Part shown: one piece after another, positions 39,545 through 50,263 of the stretch
Layout: every line of letters starts with the position of its first letter
Numbering within the stretch: the first letter of the stretch is position 1
DNA from: Candidatus Poribacteria bacterium
GTDB taxonomy: Bacteria; Poribacteria; WGA-4E; WGA-3G
Assembly: GCA_965198235.1 (NCBI GenBank)
Contig: OZ240248.1
Coordinates: 736,001 to 800,000 of the forward strand
DNA: 64,000 nucleotides
Reading direction: 5' to 3'
Position numbers and translations under genes: made by a program
Notes under the pieces: generated by a model
What the model was told of the DNA's origin: nothing
Databases searched by the model: none
The model's input: only the letters and a program-made list of their open reading frames with translations

Positions 39545-39976
39545 CTATGGACTCTGATCATCGTTCCACTTCGTTTCACGATGGTTTTTGCTGAATCTAT
39601 CAGGCTTAAGTGCCTGTTCGGTTCTCCAATTGGGAGAAAACCCGTCAGAGAGAATTCTCGTTACATCATCTGCAGGCATCGTGTGCAAGATGCTTGCAAC
39701 AACAGATGGATCCGTTTCTTCAACGAACTCGCTAATATCGGCACTATTTAGGTCCCGTAGAACCTCCCCCATCCGCTTTTCCTCAATCAAAACCTTGAAG
39801 AGGCTCGCCTTCGCTTCCGTACGGAGGTGCGGAAACCAGTGAGCGATGTCAGCTGAGTGGGTTTTGGCGATAATATTCCGGAGGTTCGGGAAGGCGCGCC
39901 GCTGGATCAGTCGAATCACCGTAGAAATAAACAGTTCATCGACATCGTGTGTGGTTATGATTGTTTGGCCCTGCAT
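39545..39976 (-). pseudogene. mgtE: Magnesium transporter MgtE N-terminal fragment
   Basis: HSADIA...MPADD matches MgtE_N. The CBS and TM domains are missing and the tail is translated repeat DNA. Confidence 0.7.
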
Positions 39977-41061
39977 CAGAATTTTGCGCGCTGGCGGAGT
40001 AGATGATCCGTGAGGACGAGTGCTGCCATCGCTTCGACAATAGCGGGTGCTCGCACTAAAACACAGGGATCGTGTCGTCCGCTTGCCTCTAACGTCACCT
40101 CATTCCCCTGCATATCAACAGTTTGTTGCGGTTTACCAATTGTCGCCGTCGGCTTGAAAGCGACTTGGAACAGAATATTTTCGCCGTTTGAAATACCGCC
40201 CTGTGTGCCGCCGGAATTATTTGTACGCGTCCGAATGCGCTCCGTCTCGTCTTCCTTTTCGAGATAAAACGGATCGTTATGTTCAGATCCCGTCATTGTA
40301 ATACCCCCAAAGCCGGAACCGATTTGGAAACCCATCGTTGCGGGGAGAGACATCATCGCTTTCGCCAAATCCGCCTTGAGTTTGTCGAATACAGGTTCCC
40401 CGAGTCCTACCGGGACATTACGAGCAACCGATTCAATTACACCACCGAGAGAGTCAAGGTCACGCCGCGCCTGATCGATGCGTTCCACCATCTTCGGACC
40501 AACAATAGGATCAGGACACCGGACAGGACTCGCTTCTATCTCTTCAAGCGTCACCGTGTCTGCATCCACTTCGGCTTTCAATGTATGAATCTGTTTGACA
40601 TAAGCAAGTGTTTCGGTGCCGGACACCTCACGCAAAACTTGCTTGGCGATTGCCCCTGCCGCGACGCGTCCGATGGTTTCCCGTGCGCTCGCTCTACCGC
40701 CGCCCTGCCAGTTTCGGATACCGTATTTCTGTTGGTACGTAAAATCGGCGTGTGAAGGTCTGTAAAGGTCTTTCAGGTGTTCGTAGGCTGAGGGACGCGC
40801 ATCTTGATTCCATACCAGCATAGAGATAGGCGTTCCAAGTGTTTTGCCCTCAAAGATACCGGAAAGTATTTCAACGACATCCCCCTCTTGACGCGATGTT
40901 GTGAGACGACTTTGACCCGGCTTCCGCCGATCAAGTTCAAATTGTATTTCGGATATATCCAAGTCGATTTGCGGTGGACAACCGTCAACCACAACACCGA
41001 CAGCTCCACCGTGCGATTCGCCCCAGGTCGTAATCCGAAAAAGATGACCGAACGTATTCAT
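39976..41061 (-). CDS. aroC: Chorismate synthase
   Basis: [24 protein letters not shown] and RHDPCV. Confidence 0.98.
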   Translation of the reverse strand: MNTFGHLFRITTWGESHGGAVGVVVDGCPPQIDLDISEIQFELDRRKPGQSRLTTSRQEGDVVEILSGIFEGKTLGTPISMLVWNQDARPSAYEHLKDLYRPSHADFTYQQKYGIRNWQGGGRASARETIGRVAAGAIAKQVLREVSGTETLAYVKQIHTLKAEVDADTVTLEEIEASPVRCPDPIVGPKMVERIDQARRDLDSLGGVIESVARNVPVGLGEPVFDKLKADLAKAMMSLPATMGFQIGSGFGGITMTGSEHNDPFYLEKEDETERIRTRTNNSGGTQGGISNGENILFQVAFKPTATIGKPQQTVDMQGNEVTLEASGRHDPCVLVRAPAIVEAMAALVLTDHLLRQRAKF

Positions 41062-41180
41062 TTGGTTCCATAGGCGCGCTTTGGAAGCGTGCACCTTACT
41101 TTTAGAATTGTATATTTTGAAGATCTTGTGATATACTATAACAGATTCTATCGTAAAAAGCAAGCAATTTAAAGGACTTT

Positions 41181-41897
41181 ATGCTGTTAATTTTTAAACG
41201 CTATATCGCGTTGCTCCTGATTTTCATAGGCATTGGGTTTTTATGGAATACACTGTTTGTGTATCCCCTCAAAATCTTTGTCGTCTTTATGCATGAGGTG
41301 AGCCACGGGCTCGCGGCAATCGCAACTGGCGGTCGTATTGTAGAGATTCAGATTAACCCGCAGCAGGGAGGGCACGCACTGACACAAGGCGGCTCTCGGT
41401 TTTTGACGTTGACTGCGGGTTATCTTGGGAGTCTGCTGTGGGGTGGACTCATCCTGCTCCTAGCTGCGAGAACCCACTTCGACAAAGCAATTAGCGTCCT
41501 TATCGGCATCGGCATGGTGGCTATCTCCATCGGCTTCGGCGAGAGTACATTTACTTATCTGTTCGGCATCGGCTTTGGCGTTGCCCTGGTCGCCATTGGT
41601 TTCTATCTCCCAGAGGCAGTCAACGATTGGATTCTCCGTATTATCGGTGTGACGAGTTGTCTCTACGCGATTCTTGACATTAAAAGCGATATCTTGGACA
41701 GATCCAATCTCCGTTCGGATGCACGAATGCTCTCGGAGGTAACAGGTATCGCGACTGAGATTTGGGGTATTCTGTGGATTCTCATTGCAATTGGACTCAC
41801 TCTATGGTTTCTCTATCTTTCAGGCAAGACCTCGGCTGTCCAGCAAACATCTACCGAGGAAAATACCGAGGAAGACTCTAATTTACTCGAACATTAA
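41181..41897 (+). CDS. Peptidase M50B-like membrane protein
   Basis: HEVSHG, AGYLG and SDA motifs with several TM helices. Confidence 0.88.
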   Translation: MLLIFKRYIALLLIFIGIGFLWNTLFVYPLKIFVVFMHEVSHGLAAIATGGRIVEIQINPQQGGHALTQGGSRFLTLTAGYLGSLLWGGLILLLAARTHFDKAISVLIGIGMVAISIGFGESTFTYLFGIGFGVALVAIGFYLPEAVNDWILRIIGVTSCLYAILDIKSDILDRSNLRSDARMLSEVTGIATEIWGILWILIAIGLTLWFLYLSGKTSAVQQTSTEENTEEDSNLLEH

Positions 41898-41931
41898 TAG
41901 TCGGCACGCACGTCCGTTCAGGAAGTTCCTA

Positions 41932-42153
41932 TTAATTAAACGGGCTAAAACGCGCCGACGACATGTTACTGAAGAAAAGAAACCATACACCGAGACCTAA
42001 CAGAAAAAGTGGAATGCAGATCAGCACTATGAGAATGAAAAATCCCCATATCCACGACTTTTTGGATTTGGCAACCGTCGCCAGCCGTGCGAGCAACACA
42101 CCACCACATATCATAATTATAACAACGAAAGCGAATACCGCCATCATCACCAT
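41932..42153 (-). CDS. Small 2-TM membrane protein
   Basis: SD GGAGGAG and two hydrophobic helices. Confidence 0.55.
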   Translation of the reverse strand: MVMMAVFAFVVIIMICGGVLLARLATVAKSKKSWIWGFFILIVLICIPLFLLGLGVWFLFFSNMSSARFSPFN

Positions 42154-42208
42154 TTTTTGCTATCTCCTCCCATCAGCCAGACCGTAGCAATGCACATTAT
42201 CAAGAAAT

Positions 42209-44152
42209 ATGAAACACCCTTCAAAAAGCCCTATTACGCTACGCGCAACACTGATCGGTATCCTTCTCATTCCCTTTAATAGCTACTGGGTTCTACATCT
42301 CAGTTATATCTGGGATTCCAACCGACCTACAAGTTTGGCATTACTGTTTAATGTCCTATTTACGTTGCTTGTCCTTATCGGGTTCAGCGCGGTCCTGCGT
42401 CGTTTACGCCCAACACTGGCGTTTACACAGAGCGAATTGTTAACCATCTATGCGATGCTGTGCCAAGCCTCCGTTTTCGCAGGGCGCGATATGCTACAAG
42501 TCTTGGTGCCGTTAATGGGTAACGGCTTTTGGTACGCAACAACCGAAAACGAATGGGCACAACTTTTCCATCAACACCTCCCTGAATGGCTTGTCGTTGG
42601 CAAACAAGAGATACTGCAAGGCTTCTACAAAGGCGAATCCACATTCTATCTTCAGACAAACATACAGGCATGGTTGCTGCCAACACTGATCTGGGTAGGC
42701 TTCTGCCTCGTCATCGGGGTGACAATGCTCTGTCTCAACGTGCTTTTACGCAAGCAGTGGCAGGAACATGAACGACTCACCTATCCGATCGCACAACTAC
42801 CTTACGAAATCACACGAGCGGCTTCAAATGTAGGAAACCCCCTGCGAACTACGTCTCATCTATTTTTTAATAAACGGATGATGACTGTCGGCTTATGTAT
42901 CGCTGCTGTACTGAACCTTCTCTATAGTTTACACCAAATCGATCCTGTTTTCCCTACAATTCCGCTGTATCGCGGGTTCCGACTTCCCGATAAGCCGTGG
43001 AGCGCAATGAACAATCCCGGTTTCCGTATCAGTTTCTTCCCGTTTGCAATTGGCGTAGGTTTCCTAATCCCGCTGGATTTAGGGTTTTCCTGCTGGTTCT
43101 TTCACCTATTTTGGCACTTCCAACGGATCGTCGGTGAGATGTTCGGTTGGCGAGGGGCTATCGGATTTCCGCGAGAAATGGCGCAAATCCGAGGTGTATG
43201 GATAGCCCTATTTCTCTGGACATTATGGATGGGACGCGCACATGTCAAGGTAGTGCTGCAGACGATTTTCAGTAACCGATCCCCTACTACTAATGACGAA
43301 GGTGAAGCGTTACGCTACAGAACAGCCGGAATCGGGGTATTTGTCGGATTTATCTTAATTATGGCGTTCTGCCTCAAGGCAGGGATGTCGCTCTGGTTTG
43401 CCGGTCTATTTTTCGCGCTCTATTTCGCGATGTCGGTGACAATCACCCGCATTCGCGCCGAATTGGGACCGCCTGCGCACGACCTTTACAACGCCGGTCC
43501 AGACTTGCTCTTGACAGATGCACTCGGCACACGGCGCATCGGAAATCGGAATCTCTCGGTGATGTCGCTCTTTTTCTGGCTGAACCACCTCTCTTATCGC
43601 GCGCATCCGATGCCGCACCAATTGGAGGGATTCAAACTCGCACATCAAACCCGTTTCAACCCCACCCAACTGCTGTGGGTATTAGCGATCGCGATTTTTG
43701 TAGGCGCACTCTCTGCAGCTTGGGGGCATCTGCACCTCTCCTACCAAGTCGGCTTAGAACAAGCACGTTCATGGTATGCCCGCGCCGCGTTCAACAGGCT
43801 CGCAGGGTGGCTTTATAATCCGAGCGAAACGAGTCTCAGCGGTATGCTCTATACCACCGGCGGATTTGCTTTCGCCGTCAGCCTTTTGCTCTTGCGATGG
43901 CGATTCGTTCAGTGGCCCCTACACCCCGTCGGTTATGTCGTCTCAAGCTGGTGGACGTTTACTGGACTCTGGTTTCCACTCCTCATCAGTTGGATAATTA
44001 AACGGATCCTTCTCTCAACAGGTGGTGTTCGGTTGTACAGACGTTCAATTCCATTTTTCATCGGTTTGGTTATCGGGGATGTAATAGTTGCTTCTATTAT
44101 TAGCATTCTGGGACTGATTTTCGATTTTCGCGTCGTCTATCTGAGTTGGTGA
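42209..44152 (+). CDS. DUF6785/DUF6784 polytopic membrane protein (putative transporter)
   Basis: QWQEHERLTYPI, RIRAELG, WPLHPVG and PFFIGL. Confidence 0.75.
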   Translation: MKHPSKSPITLRATLIGILLIPFNSYWVLHLSYIWDSNRPTSLALLFNVLFTLLVLIGFSAVLRRLRPTLAFTQSELLTIYAMLCQASVFAGRDMLQVLVPLMGNGFWYATTENEWAQLFHQHLPEWLVVGKQEILQGFYKGESTFYLQTNIQAWLLPTLIWVGFCLVIGVTMLCLNVLLRKQWQEHERLTYPIAQLPYEITRAASNVGNPLRTTSHLFFNKRMMTVGLCIAAVLNLLYSLHQIDPVFPTIPLYRGFRLPDKPWSAMNNPGFRISFFPFAIGVGFLIPLDLGFSCWFFHLFWHFQRIVGEMFGWRGAIGFPREMAQIRGVWIALFLWTLWMGRAHVKVVLQTIFSNRSPTTNDEGEALRYRTAGIGVFVGFILIMAFCLKAGMSLWFAGLFFALYFAMSVTITRIRAELGPPAHDLYNAGPDLLLTDALGTRRIGNRNLSVMSLFFWLNHLSYRAHPMPHQLEGFKLAHQTRFNPTQLLWVLAIAIFVGALSAAWGHLHLSYQVGLEQARSWYARAAFNRLAGWLYNPSETSLSGMLYTTGGFAFAVSLLLLRWRFVQWPLHPVGYVVSSWWTFTGLWFPLLISWIIKRILLSTGGVRLYRRSIPFFIGLVIGDVIVASIISILGLIFDFRVVYLSW

Positions 44153-44258
44153 TGTTTCCTGACCGGCATATCAAGAACAACCGACATCGAAATTCCATCT
44201 ATGAAACGAAACAGAAATGTAGTCTTGAAATTTCCACCTAAACCTGCTATCATTATTT

Positions 44259-45191
44259 ATGATGGATATAACAGATTTGTCACTCAGTGTGAATATCGGC
44301 GGGATCCAGATGCGAAACCCCGTCATGACGGCATCTGGCACATTCGGCTACGGCAGTGAATACGTCGATTTCGTGGATCTGAACCAACTCGGTGCGGTGG
44401 TCGTTAAAGGCGTTACGAGTGTGCCGTGGCCCGGCAATCCGATGCAACGCATCATGGAAACCCCGTCCGGCATGCTGAATGCGATCGGACTCCAAAACGT
44501 CGGCGTAGACGGCTTTATCTCGGAGAAGCTACCCTATCTGCGTGATTTTGATGTGCCGGTGATTGTCAACGTCTGTGGCAAGACAGTCGAAGAATACTTG
44601 ATAGTAACCGAGAAACTGAACAGGGCAGATGGCGTTGCTGGTATAGAACTCAATATTTCCTGCCCAAACTTAGACTGTGGCGGTATGAGTTTCGGGGTTG
44701 ATGCGACATTGGCACACCAACTCGTCAAAGAAGTCCGAGCGAAGACCCACCTCCCGCTACTGGTGAAGTTATCCCCGAACGTCACAGATATTACGCTGAT
44801 TGCCCGTGCTGTTGAGGAGGCCGGCGCAAACGCGCTCTCTGCCATCAACACGCTCCTCGGCATGGCGATTAACGCAGAAACACGGAAACCGGAACTCGCA
44901 AACGTGACAGGAGGACTCTCCGGTCCCGCGATAAAGCCGGTGGCATTAAGATTGGTTTGGGAGGTTTACAAAAACGTCTCAATTCCGATCGTTGGCATGG
45001 GAGGCATTATGACTGCGACAGACGCTGTCGAATTTTTCATCGCTGGGTCAACCGCTGTGGCAGTCGGAACGGCGAACTTTGTCAATCCGCAGGCATCAAT
45101 GGAAGTGGTGAAAGGCATCCATGCCTACCTCAAAAATGCAGATATGGTGTCAATTAAGGAATTGGTTGGTAGTCTGCAGGTCGATTCATAA
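44259..45191 (+). CDS. pyrD: Dihydroorotate dehydrogenase family 1B catalytic subunit
   Basis: ASGTFG, NAIGLQN, ELNISCPN, KLSPN and GGLSG; promoter TTGAAA-17 nt-TATCAT at ~44225. Confidence 0.95.
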   Translation: MMDITDLSLSVNIGGIQMRNPVMTASGTFGYGSEYVDFVDLNQLGAVVVKGVTSVPWPGNPMQRIMETPSGMLNAIGLQNVGVDGFISEKLPYLRDFDVPVIVNVCGKTVEEYLIVTEKLNRADGVAGIELNISCPNLDCGGMSFGVDATLAHQLVKEVRAKTHLPLLVKLSPNVTDITLIARAVEEAGANALSAINTLLGMAINAETRKPELANVTGGLSGPAIKPVALRLVWEVYKNVSIPIVGMGGIMTATDAVEFFIAGSTAVAVGTANFVNPQASMEVVKGIHAYLKNADMVSIKELVGSLQVDS

Positions 45192-45260
45192 TCGCTTCTG
45201 AAAAAGATTGTTACATGATAAGGACAAGGCGAACTCAAAACGGACACCCAAAGGAGGAAA

Positions 45261-46340
45261 ATGAGGCATTTGGTAACACTCGACGATTTGTCGAATTTTG
45301 AGATTGAACAAATCTTTAGACTTGCGGCAGGCATGCAGTCACAATTGGAGACATGGGCAGGGATCTGCCGAAGTAAACTGCTGGCAACCCTCTTTTATGA
45401 ACCGAGTACACGGACCCGGCTTTCGTTTGAAAGTGCGATGGAACGGCTCAACGGCGGCACCCTCGGCTTCGCCGATCCACAAGCAACCTCCGTTACTAAA
45501 GGAGAAACGCTCGCCGACACCGCACGGATGGTGACGAACTACGCCGATCTCATTGTCGTGCGGCATAACTGGGCAGGCGCGGCGCGCGTCATCGCGCAGT
45601 ACACACATATCCCAGTCATCAACGGCGGCGATGGGAGTCATACACATCCGACGCAGGCACTCGCGGACCTTTATACCATTATACGGCGAAAATCAAAAAT
45701 AGAAGGATTAACTGTCGGTATTTGCGGAGATCTTCAGTTTGGACGGGCGGCACACTCCTTTGCCCTTGCAGTCGCGCGATTTGGTGGGAACCTGATTCAC
45801 ATCGCGCCGAAACCCCTACAAATGCCACCGTGGGTGCTCGCGCAACTCGAACAGTGCGATGGGCAGATACCTCTTGAGGTAGAAAGTATTACAGAAGTGA
45901 TTGATAGATTGGATGTCATCTATGTCAATCGACTTCAGGAGGAACGGCTCCCGCCGAATATGGATGCTGCTGCCGTACGTGGAAGTTATCTATTGAATGC
46001 GGCAGTTATGAAACATGCCAAACCTGATGCGATGATTATGCATCCACTCCCGCGTGTCAATGAACTCGCCTATGAATTAGACGACGACCCTCGCGCCGCT
46101 TATTTCGAGCAATCCGCGAACGCAGTACCCGTTCGGATGGCACTGATTGCAAGTCTTGTCGGACTGGAGCAGCTTATCTTGACACAACCGCCAGAGCGAG
46201 ACATTGCCGCTTCTACACGTCCGTGTGAAAACACAAACTGCGTTACTAATTACGAGACCTACCTTACTCCTGAACGCGAAACGTTTAAGGGTGATGTTGA
46301 ACTGCACACTTGCGCCTACTGCGGAAATTTGCTCTCGTAA
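45261..46340 (+). CDS. pyrB: Aspartate carbamoyltransferase with a fused PyrI-type zinc domain
   Basis: FYEPSTRTR, HPTQ and HPLPR; tail CENTNCVT...CAYCG. Confidence 0.93.
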   Translation: MRHLVTLDDLSNFEIEQIFRLAAGMQSQLETWAGICRSKLLATLFYEPSTRTRLSFESAMERLNGGTLGFADPQATSVTKGETLADTARMVTNYADLIVVRHNWAGAARVIAQYTHIPVINGGDGSHTHPTQALADLYTIIRRKSKIEGLTVGICGDLQFGRAAHSFALAVARFGGNLIHIAPKPLQMPPWVLAQLEQCDGQIPLEVESITEVIDRLDVIYVNRLQEERLPPNMDAAAVRGSYLLNAAVMKHAKPDAMIMHPLPRVNELAYELDDDPRAAYFEQSANAVPVRMALIASLVGLEQLILTQPPERDIAASTRPCENTNCVTNYETYLTPERETFKGDVELHTCAYCGNLLS

Positions 46341-46385
46341 GGCGATTACATCCAATTTATACGCTCCTGTGTTGATCCGACCACT

Positions 46386-47177
46386 TCATCGGGGAGGACC
46401 TGGTAACTCCAAAATCAGATCTTCGCGGCGTTCTCCGACTCTGAGTACAAATATCTCCGATGTTGCACAAAGCCCCTTATATTCAACTGACACCCTGTAG
46501 CGGGTTGCCTTCTTCCTATCGACATACTGCACAAAGTACCCTTGAGCATCGGTTTGCACCGACCCTTGGACACCCCCAATATTATTCCCATGTAAATCTT
46601 GTGCTCTTATGTTGATGTCAACCTCTTCGTTTGCTAAGGGTGTGCCGCCTGCAAAAACGATTCTCGCGCGAATTCGCATCCGGAACCGCACGGTGACCTC
46701 TACATTCTCGATTCGCACGCCCGGCGTGATAGAAAAGGTGTTCAGCGTAAAAAAGAGAGGGAGCAAATCATTTGGATGGTAAGTAACATCTCCGATTTTG
46801 ACAGAAAGGAGTTGATATTCCGTCTCAGGAGACAGACCTTTACCATAATCAGGTGCCAGCATGAATCGAAATTCTCCGGGATGAATATCCGTGATGGAGA
46901 ATTGTCCTGCATCATCGGTCTCCGCTTCTAAAGCCGGAGGGTAGGTCCACGCTCCAGTATTATCGTCAACTTTGAACGGTTGAATGACTAAAGCGAGCCC
47001 GGCAACCGGACTTCCATCTTCATCAACAACGCGCCCCGAAAAACCCGCTGTGTCTCCTCCTATCACGGCTTCCGATAACGCAAAGGAAGATGTATCCTCC
47101 GTTTCACTGCAACCCAGTAGGGTGCAAATCACGATCGGAATTACCACAATTCTATACAAAAGGTTTTGGCAATTCAT
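46386..47177 (-). CDS. Lipoprotein with carboxypeptidase-regulatory-like beta-sandwich domains
   Basis: Lipobox LLGC; SGRVVDEDG and TDAQGYFV; paralogous to the N-terminal part of the lectin genes. Confidence 0.75.
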   Translation of the reverse strand: MNCQNLLYRIVVIPIVICTLLGCSETEDTSSFALSEAVIGGDTAGFSGRVVDEDGSPVAGLALVIQPFKVDDNTGAWTYPPALEAETDDAGQFSITDIHPGEFRFMLAPDYGKGLSPETEYQLLSVKIGDVTYHPNDLLPLFFTLNTFSITPGVRIENVEVTVRFRMRIRARIVFAGGTPLANEEVDINIRAQDLHGNNIGGVQGSVQTDAQGYFVQYVDRKKATRYRVSVEYKGLCATSEIFVLRVGERREDLILELPGPPR

Positions 47178-47360
47178 AAGCCATCTCCTTTTTACGCGAG
47201 CAGAACGTTCCACACATCCTGCCTAAGTTAGAATATTAAATTGAAAAATATATGCCTAACATTAACGCATCATAGAGTTTGTGGTGAGGATTGACAAATT
47301 AATTGAAAAAATTGGATGGGTGAACCGAATGTTGAACGAAACAACTGTAGATGCAAACTA

Positions 47361-48761
47361 TCATTTATCTTCGACAGGGGAACCGTCGAGCGCACCTGAC
47401 TTTTCGAGGATCGCCATTTTCGTCATACGCCACAAAAGATCACCGGGACCAACGGCATGCCACTGCCCATTCACAAAGGTCATAACAGCACTATCTTTCT
47501 CTTCTGGTGAGAGGGTGCTACGAGGAAATTTATACTTGGATCCCCAATTTTCATAGGTAAGTGGTTCACCGTTCCGCCATACCCATTCGCCCTCTTTTTT
47601 TGCATCGCTGAGTCCGATCCAATAGAGGTGATTCCCAAAGAGTCCTAAAAGCCACTTTTGTTCTGCTTCGTCGTTAATCGCGACGAGATGCGCGCCTTCG
47701 GCGGCGGCGCGGTCGTGCGCATGTTCCAGACTTCTGCACCAAATTTTTATGTAAGCGTGTCCATTTTCGGGGTTTACAGCCCATACGCCGCGCTCGAAAG
47801 GGTGCAACGTGTGCCAAGGCGAGACAGAACGATGGGTTCGAGCAGCGGTAGTTTTATCAGGTGGTGTTAAGACACCCGTTGGCTGAGCATCTGTCTGTTC
47901 ACCAGATGGTGTCTTAACAGGTAGCTCTGCTCTTTCGAGGATTGCCTCTTTGAGAACAGGTGCCCGTTTATCTACGGGCCCAACTGCCTGCCATGTGCCG
48001 CCCCAGTCATAGATGGCGTAATCTTTCACTTCAGTGTTACCACCCTCTTTTTCACGCGCGTTCCAGTTGGTATACGTAACAGGTTCACCACTGTGCCAGA
48101 CCCACTGCCCTTCCTCGGCGACATCGCTGAGTCCGATCCAAAAACTATCTAGTTCAAAGACTCCTTGTATCCATACTTCTTCTGCTTCATCGTTAATGGA
48201 AACAAGATAAGCACCTTCTGTAGCGGCTTGGGTCATCGCATCCATTACATCGTGACAATAAATCTTTTTGTAAGCGTGTCCATTTGCTGGGTTCACTGCC
48301 CACACCGTTGATGGATCGAGAAATGCTTCTAATGTGGTGAATACTTGATTGGGTCTCCATCTATCTGGCGTAACTCGATTGTCATCGAGTGTCAGGAGTA
48401 GATGAACTTCTGGTTGTCCCTTTTGGAAAATAAAAGGTGGGGCTTTCGCGAGATACCCCTGGTATGCAACACCAAGCACATAGAATTCAGACTCGTCATC
48501 CCATTGAAGGGGTTCCACAAAGTATCCTGCGGCATCAGTCTGCGTTGTGCTGCCCGAACTTCCGTAACCACTTGCATCCATATCTCTAGATCGCACAATG
48601 ACATATATATCCGCGTTGGCAAGCGGTGTTCCGTCGGCGTGGACGACCCGCGCGCGAATTTGTGGGCGGTTACCCGCCTGCACTTTAGTGCCAACAGTGA
48701 AAGAGAATGCCACAATCCCGACAAGGATTCCAAGTTTTAGACTGAGACGTTGAAGATTCAT
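47361..48761 (-). CDS. Secreted protein with a beta-sandwich and two C-type lectin domains
   Basis: Two NPxNGHAY...LVxIND...WIGL...W.W..GEP.TY.NW units. Confidence 0.85.
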   Translation of the reverse strand: MNLQRLSLKLGILVGIVAFSFTVGTKVQAGNRPQIRARVVHADGTPLANADIYVIVRSRDMDASGYGSSGSTTQTDAAGYFVEPLQWDDESEFYVLGVAYQGYLAKAPPFIFQKGQPEVHLLLTLDDNRVTPDRWRPNQVFTTLEAFLDPSTVWAVNPANGHAYKKIYCHDVMDAMTQAATEGAYLVSINDEAEEVWIQGVFELDSFWIGLSDVAEEGQWVWHSGEPVTYTNWNAREKEGGNTEVKDYAIYDWGGTWQAVGPVDKRAPVLKEAILERAELPVKTPSGEQTDAQPTGVLTPPDKTTAARTHRSVSPWHTLHPFERGVWAVNPENGHAYIKIWCRSLEHAHDRAAAEGAHLVAINDEAEQKWLLGLFGNHLYWIGLSDAKKEGEWVWRNGEPLTYENWGSKYKFPRSTLSPEEKDSAVMTFVNGQWHAVGPGDLLWRMTKMAILEKSGALDGSPVEDK

Positions 48762-48823
48762 GTAAATTCTCCTTTTCTGAATGTTGAGACATCAAGTGGA
48801 GATAAATCACAGTCTGACAAATA

Positions 48824-48889
48824 TTATTGTCCATCAAGCCTATCCGGTTTTTCAAGGATTGCCATCTTCGTCATACGCCAGATAACACC
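48824..48889 (-). pseudogene. Orphan C-terminus of another C-type lectin paralogue
   Basis: Reads GVIWRMTKMAILEKPDRLDGQ*, nearly identical to the end of 47361-48761. Confidence 0.7.
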
Positions 48890-48891
48890 AT

Positions 48892-50235
48892 CTACTTATC
48901 TGCAGACTTTGGTGTCAAGGACATCGTAGAAACCAAGCCATCTTTTTCGATGACTGCCCATCGTGCCATACGCCAGAGCGGACTTTCAGGACCAGCCGAC
49001 TGCCACCCGCCTTGTCTAAAGGTGACCACGACATAGTCTTTCTCGGTATCTGGTAGTCTATCAGGGAAACTTGGATGGGTCGCCCAATTGGTGTAGGTGA
49101 CAGGTTCACCGCTATCCCACTGCCATTCTCCCTCTTTTTCCACATCCGTGAGTCCGATCCAAAAGGGTTTGTGTGAAAAAACTACCTCAAGCCAGTGTTG
49201 TTCTGCTTCGTCGTTGATAGAGACGAGGTGCGCGCCTTCCTCAATCGCCTCGCGTTGGGCATCCTGCCAGTCTTCACAATGAACCTTTTTGTAAGCGTGT
49301 CCATTTGTGGGATTAATGATCCACACGCTTATTGCTGGTGGCGGTGCGGGTGGCTCGCGAAATTCAATGTTACCGGGGTCTGGAATGTTATCAGCGGGTG
49401 GTTCGACAGGATCCGGTTTACCTTCAAGCGTTAAGATAATCTCCTCAGGCTGCACGCCGTCCTTGAGAAGAAAGGGACCCGCTCCTGCAGAAAGGTCGTT
49501 ATATTCTACAGACAGTGTATAAAACCCCGGCTCATCCGTATATTCCGTAAAGTAACCGCCGGCATCCGTAAAAAAGTTGGTGCCATAGGTCCCACCATGA
49601 TTCGGACGGAACTCATGACGCTGTTCCATGTCGAGATCTGCTTCGGCGTTAGCAAGAGGCGTACCATCGGCGTAAACAACGCGTCCACGAATCCGAAGCC
49701 GTGGTTTAACGGTAATTTTGACATCTTCAATAATCACACCGGGGTCGAGTGCAAACGTGAGTCCTTCAGAAAAGCCGGGTTCGCCCATATTAAAGACGGT
49801 GACCTTCCCAACTTGAATAGAGTAAATCCTCTTATCCGGCTCAAGGCTACCAAGTCTCATCAATTCCGGTGGAATCTCCTCTTCTGGAGGAAACCTCTCT
49901 GGGTCAAACATCTCAAACGCATCCAGCAAGGGGGCTGGAAGTGCAATTAATTGAACAAGCCCGGGCTGGATATCGCTGACAGTGAAAACCCCCGCCGAAT
50001 CAGTTTCTCCCTTGGATAAAGAGTGTAGGAAATCATGATCCGCGTGGAGAAAGCCGTCGTGTAGTTGTACGGGTTGAATGCCAAATGTGAAGCCAGCGAC
50101 AGCGTTTCCCTCTAAATCGACAACTTTCCCTGAAAGCCCACTAAGTCCTTCTGCCGCTGCTTCAACGCCTGCTCCGACAAACAAAAGTATCAATGCAAGT
50201 ACGACTAACTTTGGTGTAGTACAGTTCCGGTCCAT
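48892..50235 (-). CDS. Secreted beta-sandwich plus C-type lectin domain protein
   Basis: SGKVVD..., GAHLVSIND, FWIGLTD and TYTNW. Confidence 0.85.
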   Translation of the reverse strand: MDRNCTTPKLVVLALILLFVGAGVEAAAEGLSGLSGKVVDLEGNAVAGFTFGIQPVQLHDGFLHADHDFLHSLSKGETDSAGVFTVSDIQPGLVQLIALPAPLLDAFEMFDPERFPPEEEIPPELMRLGSLEPDKRIYSIQVGKVTVFNMGEPGFSEGLTFALDPGVIIEDVKITVKPRLRIRGRVVYADGTPLANAEADLDMEQRHEFRPNHGGTYGTNFFTDAGGYFTEYTDEPGFYTLSVEYNDLSAGAGPFLLKDGVQPEEIILTLEGKPDPVEPPADNIPDPGNIEFREPPAPPPAISVWIINPTNGHAYKKVHCEDWQDAQREAIEEGAHLVSINDEAEQHWLEVVFSHKPFWIGLTDVEKEGEWQWDSGEPVTYTNWATHPSFPDRLPDTEKDYVVVTFRQGGWQSAGPESPLWRMARWAVIEKDGLVSTMSLTPKSADK

Positions 50236-50263
50236 GTCAATACCTCCTCGTGTCTTGATGCGC

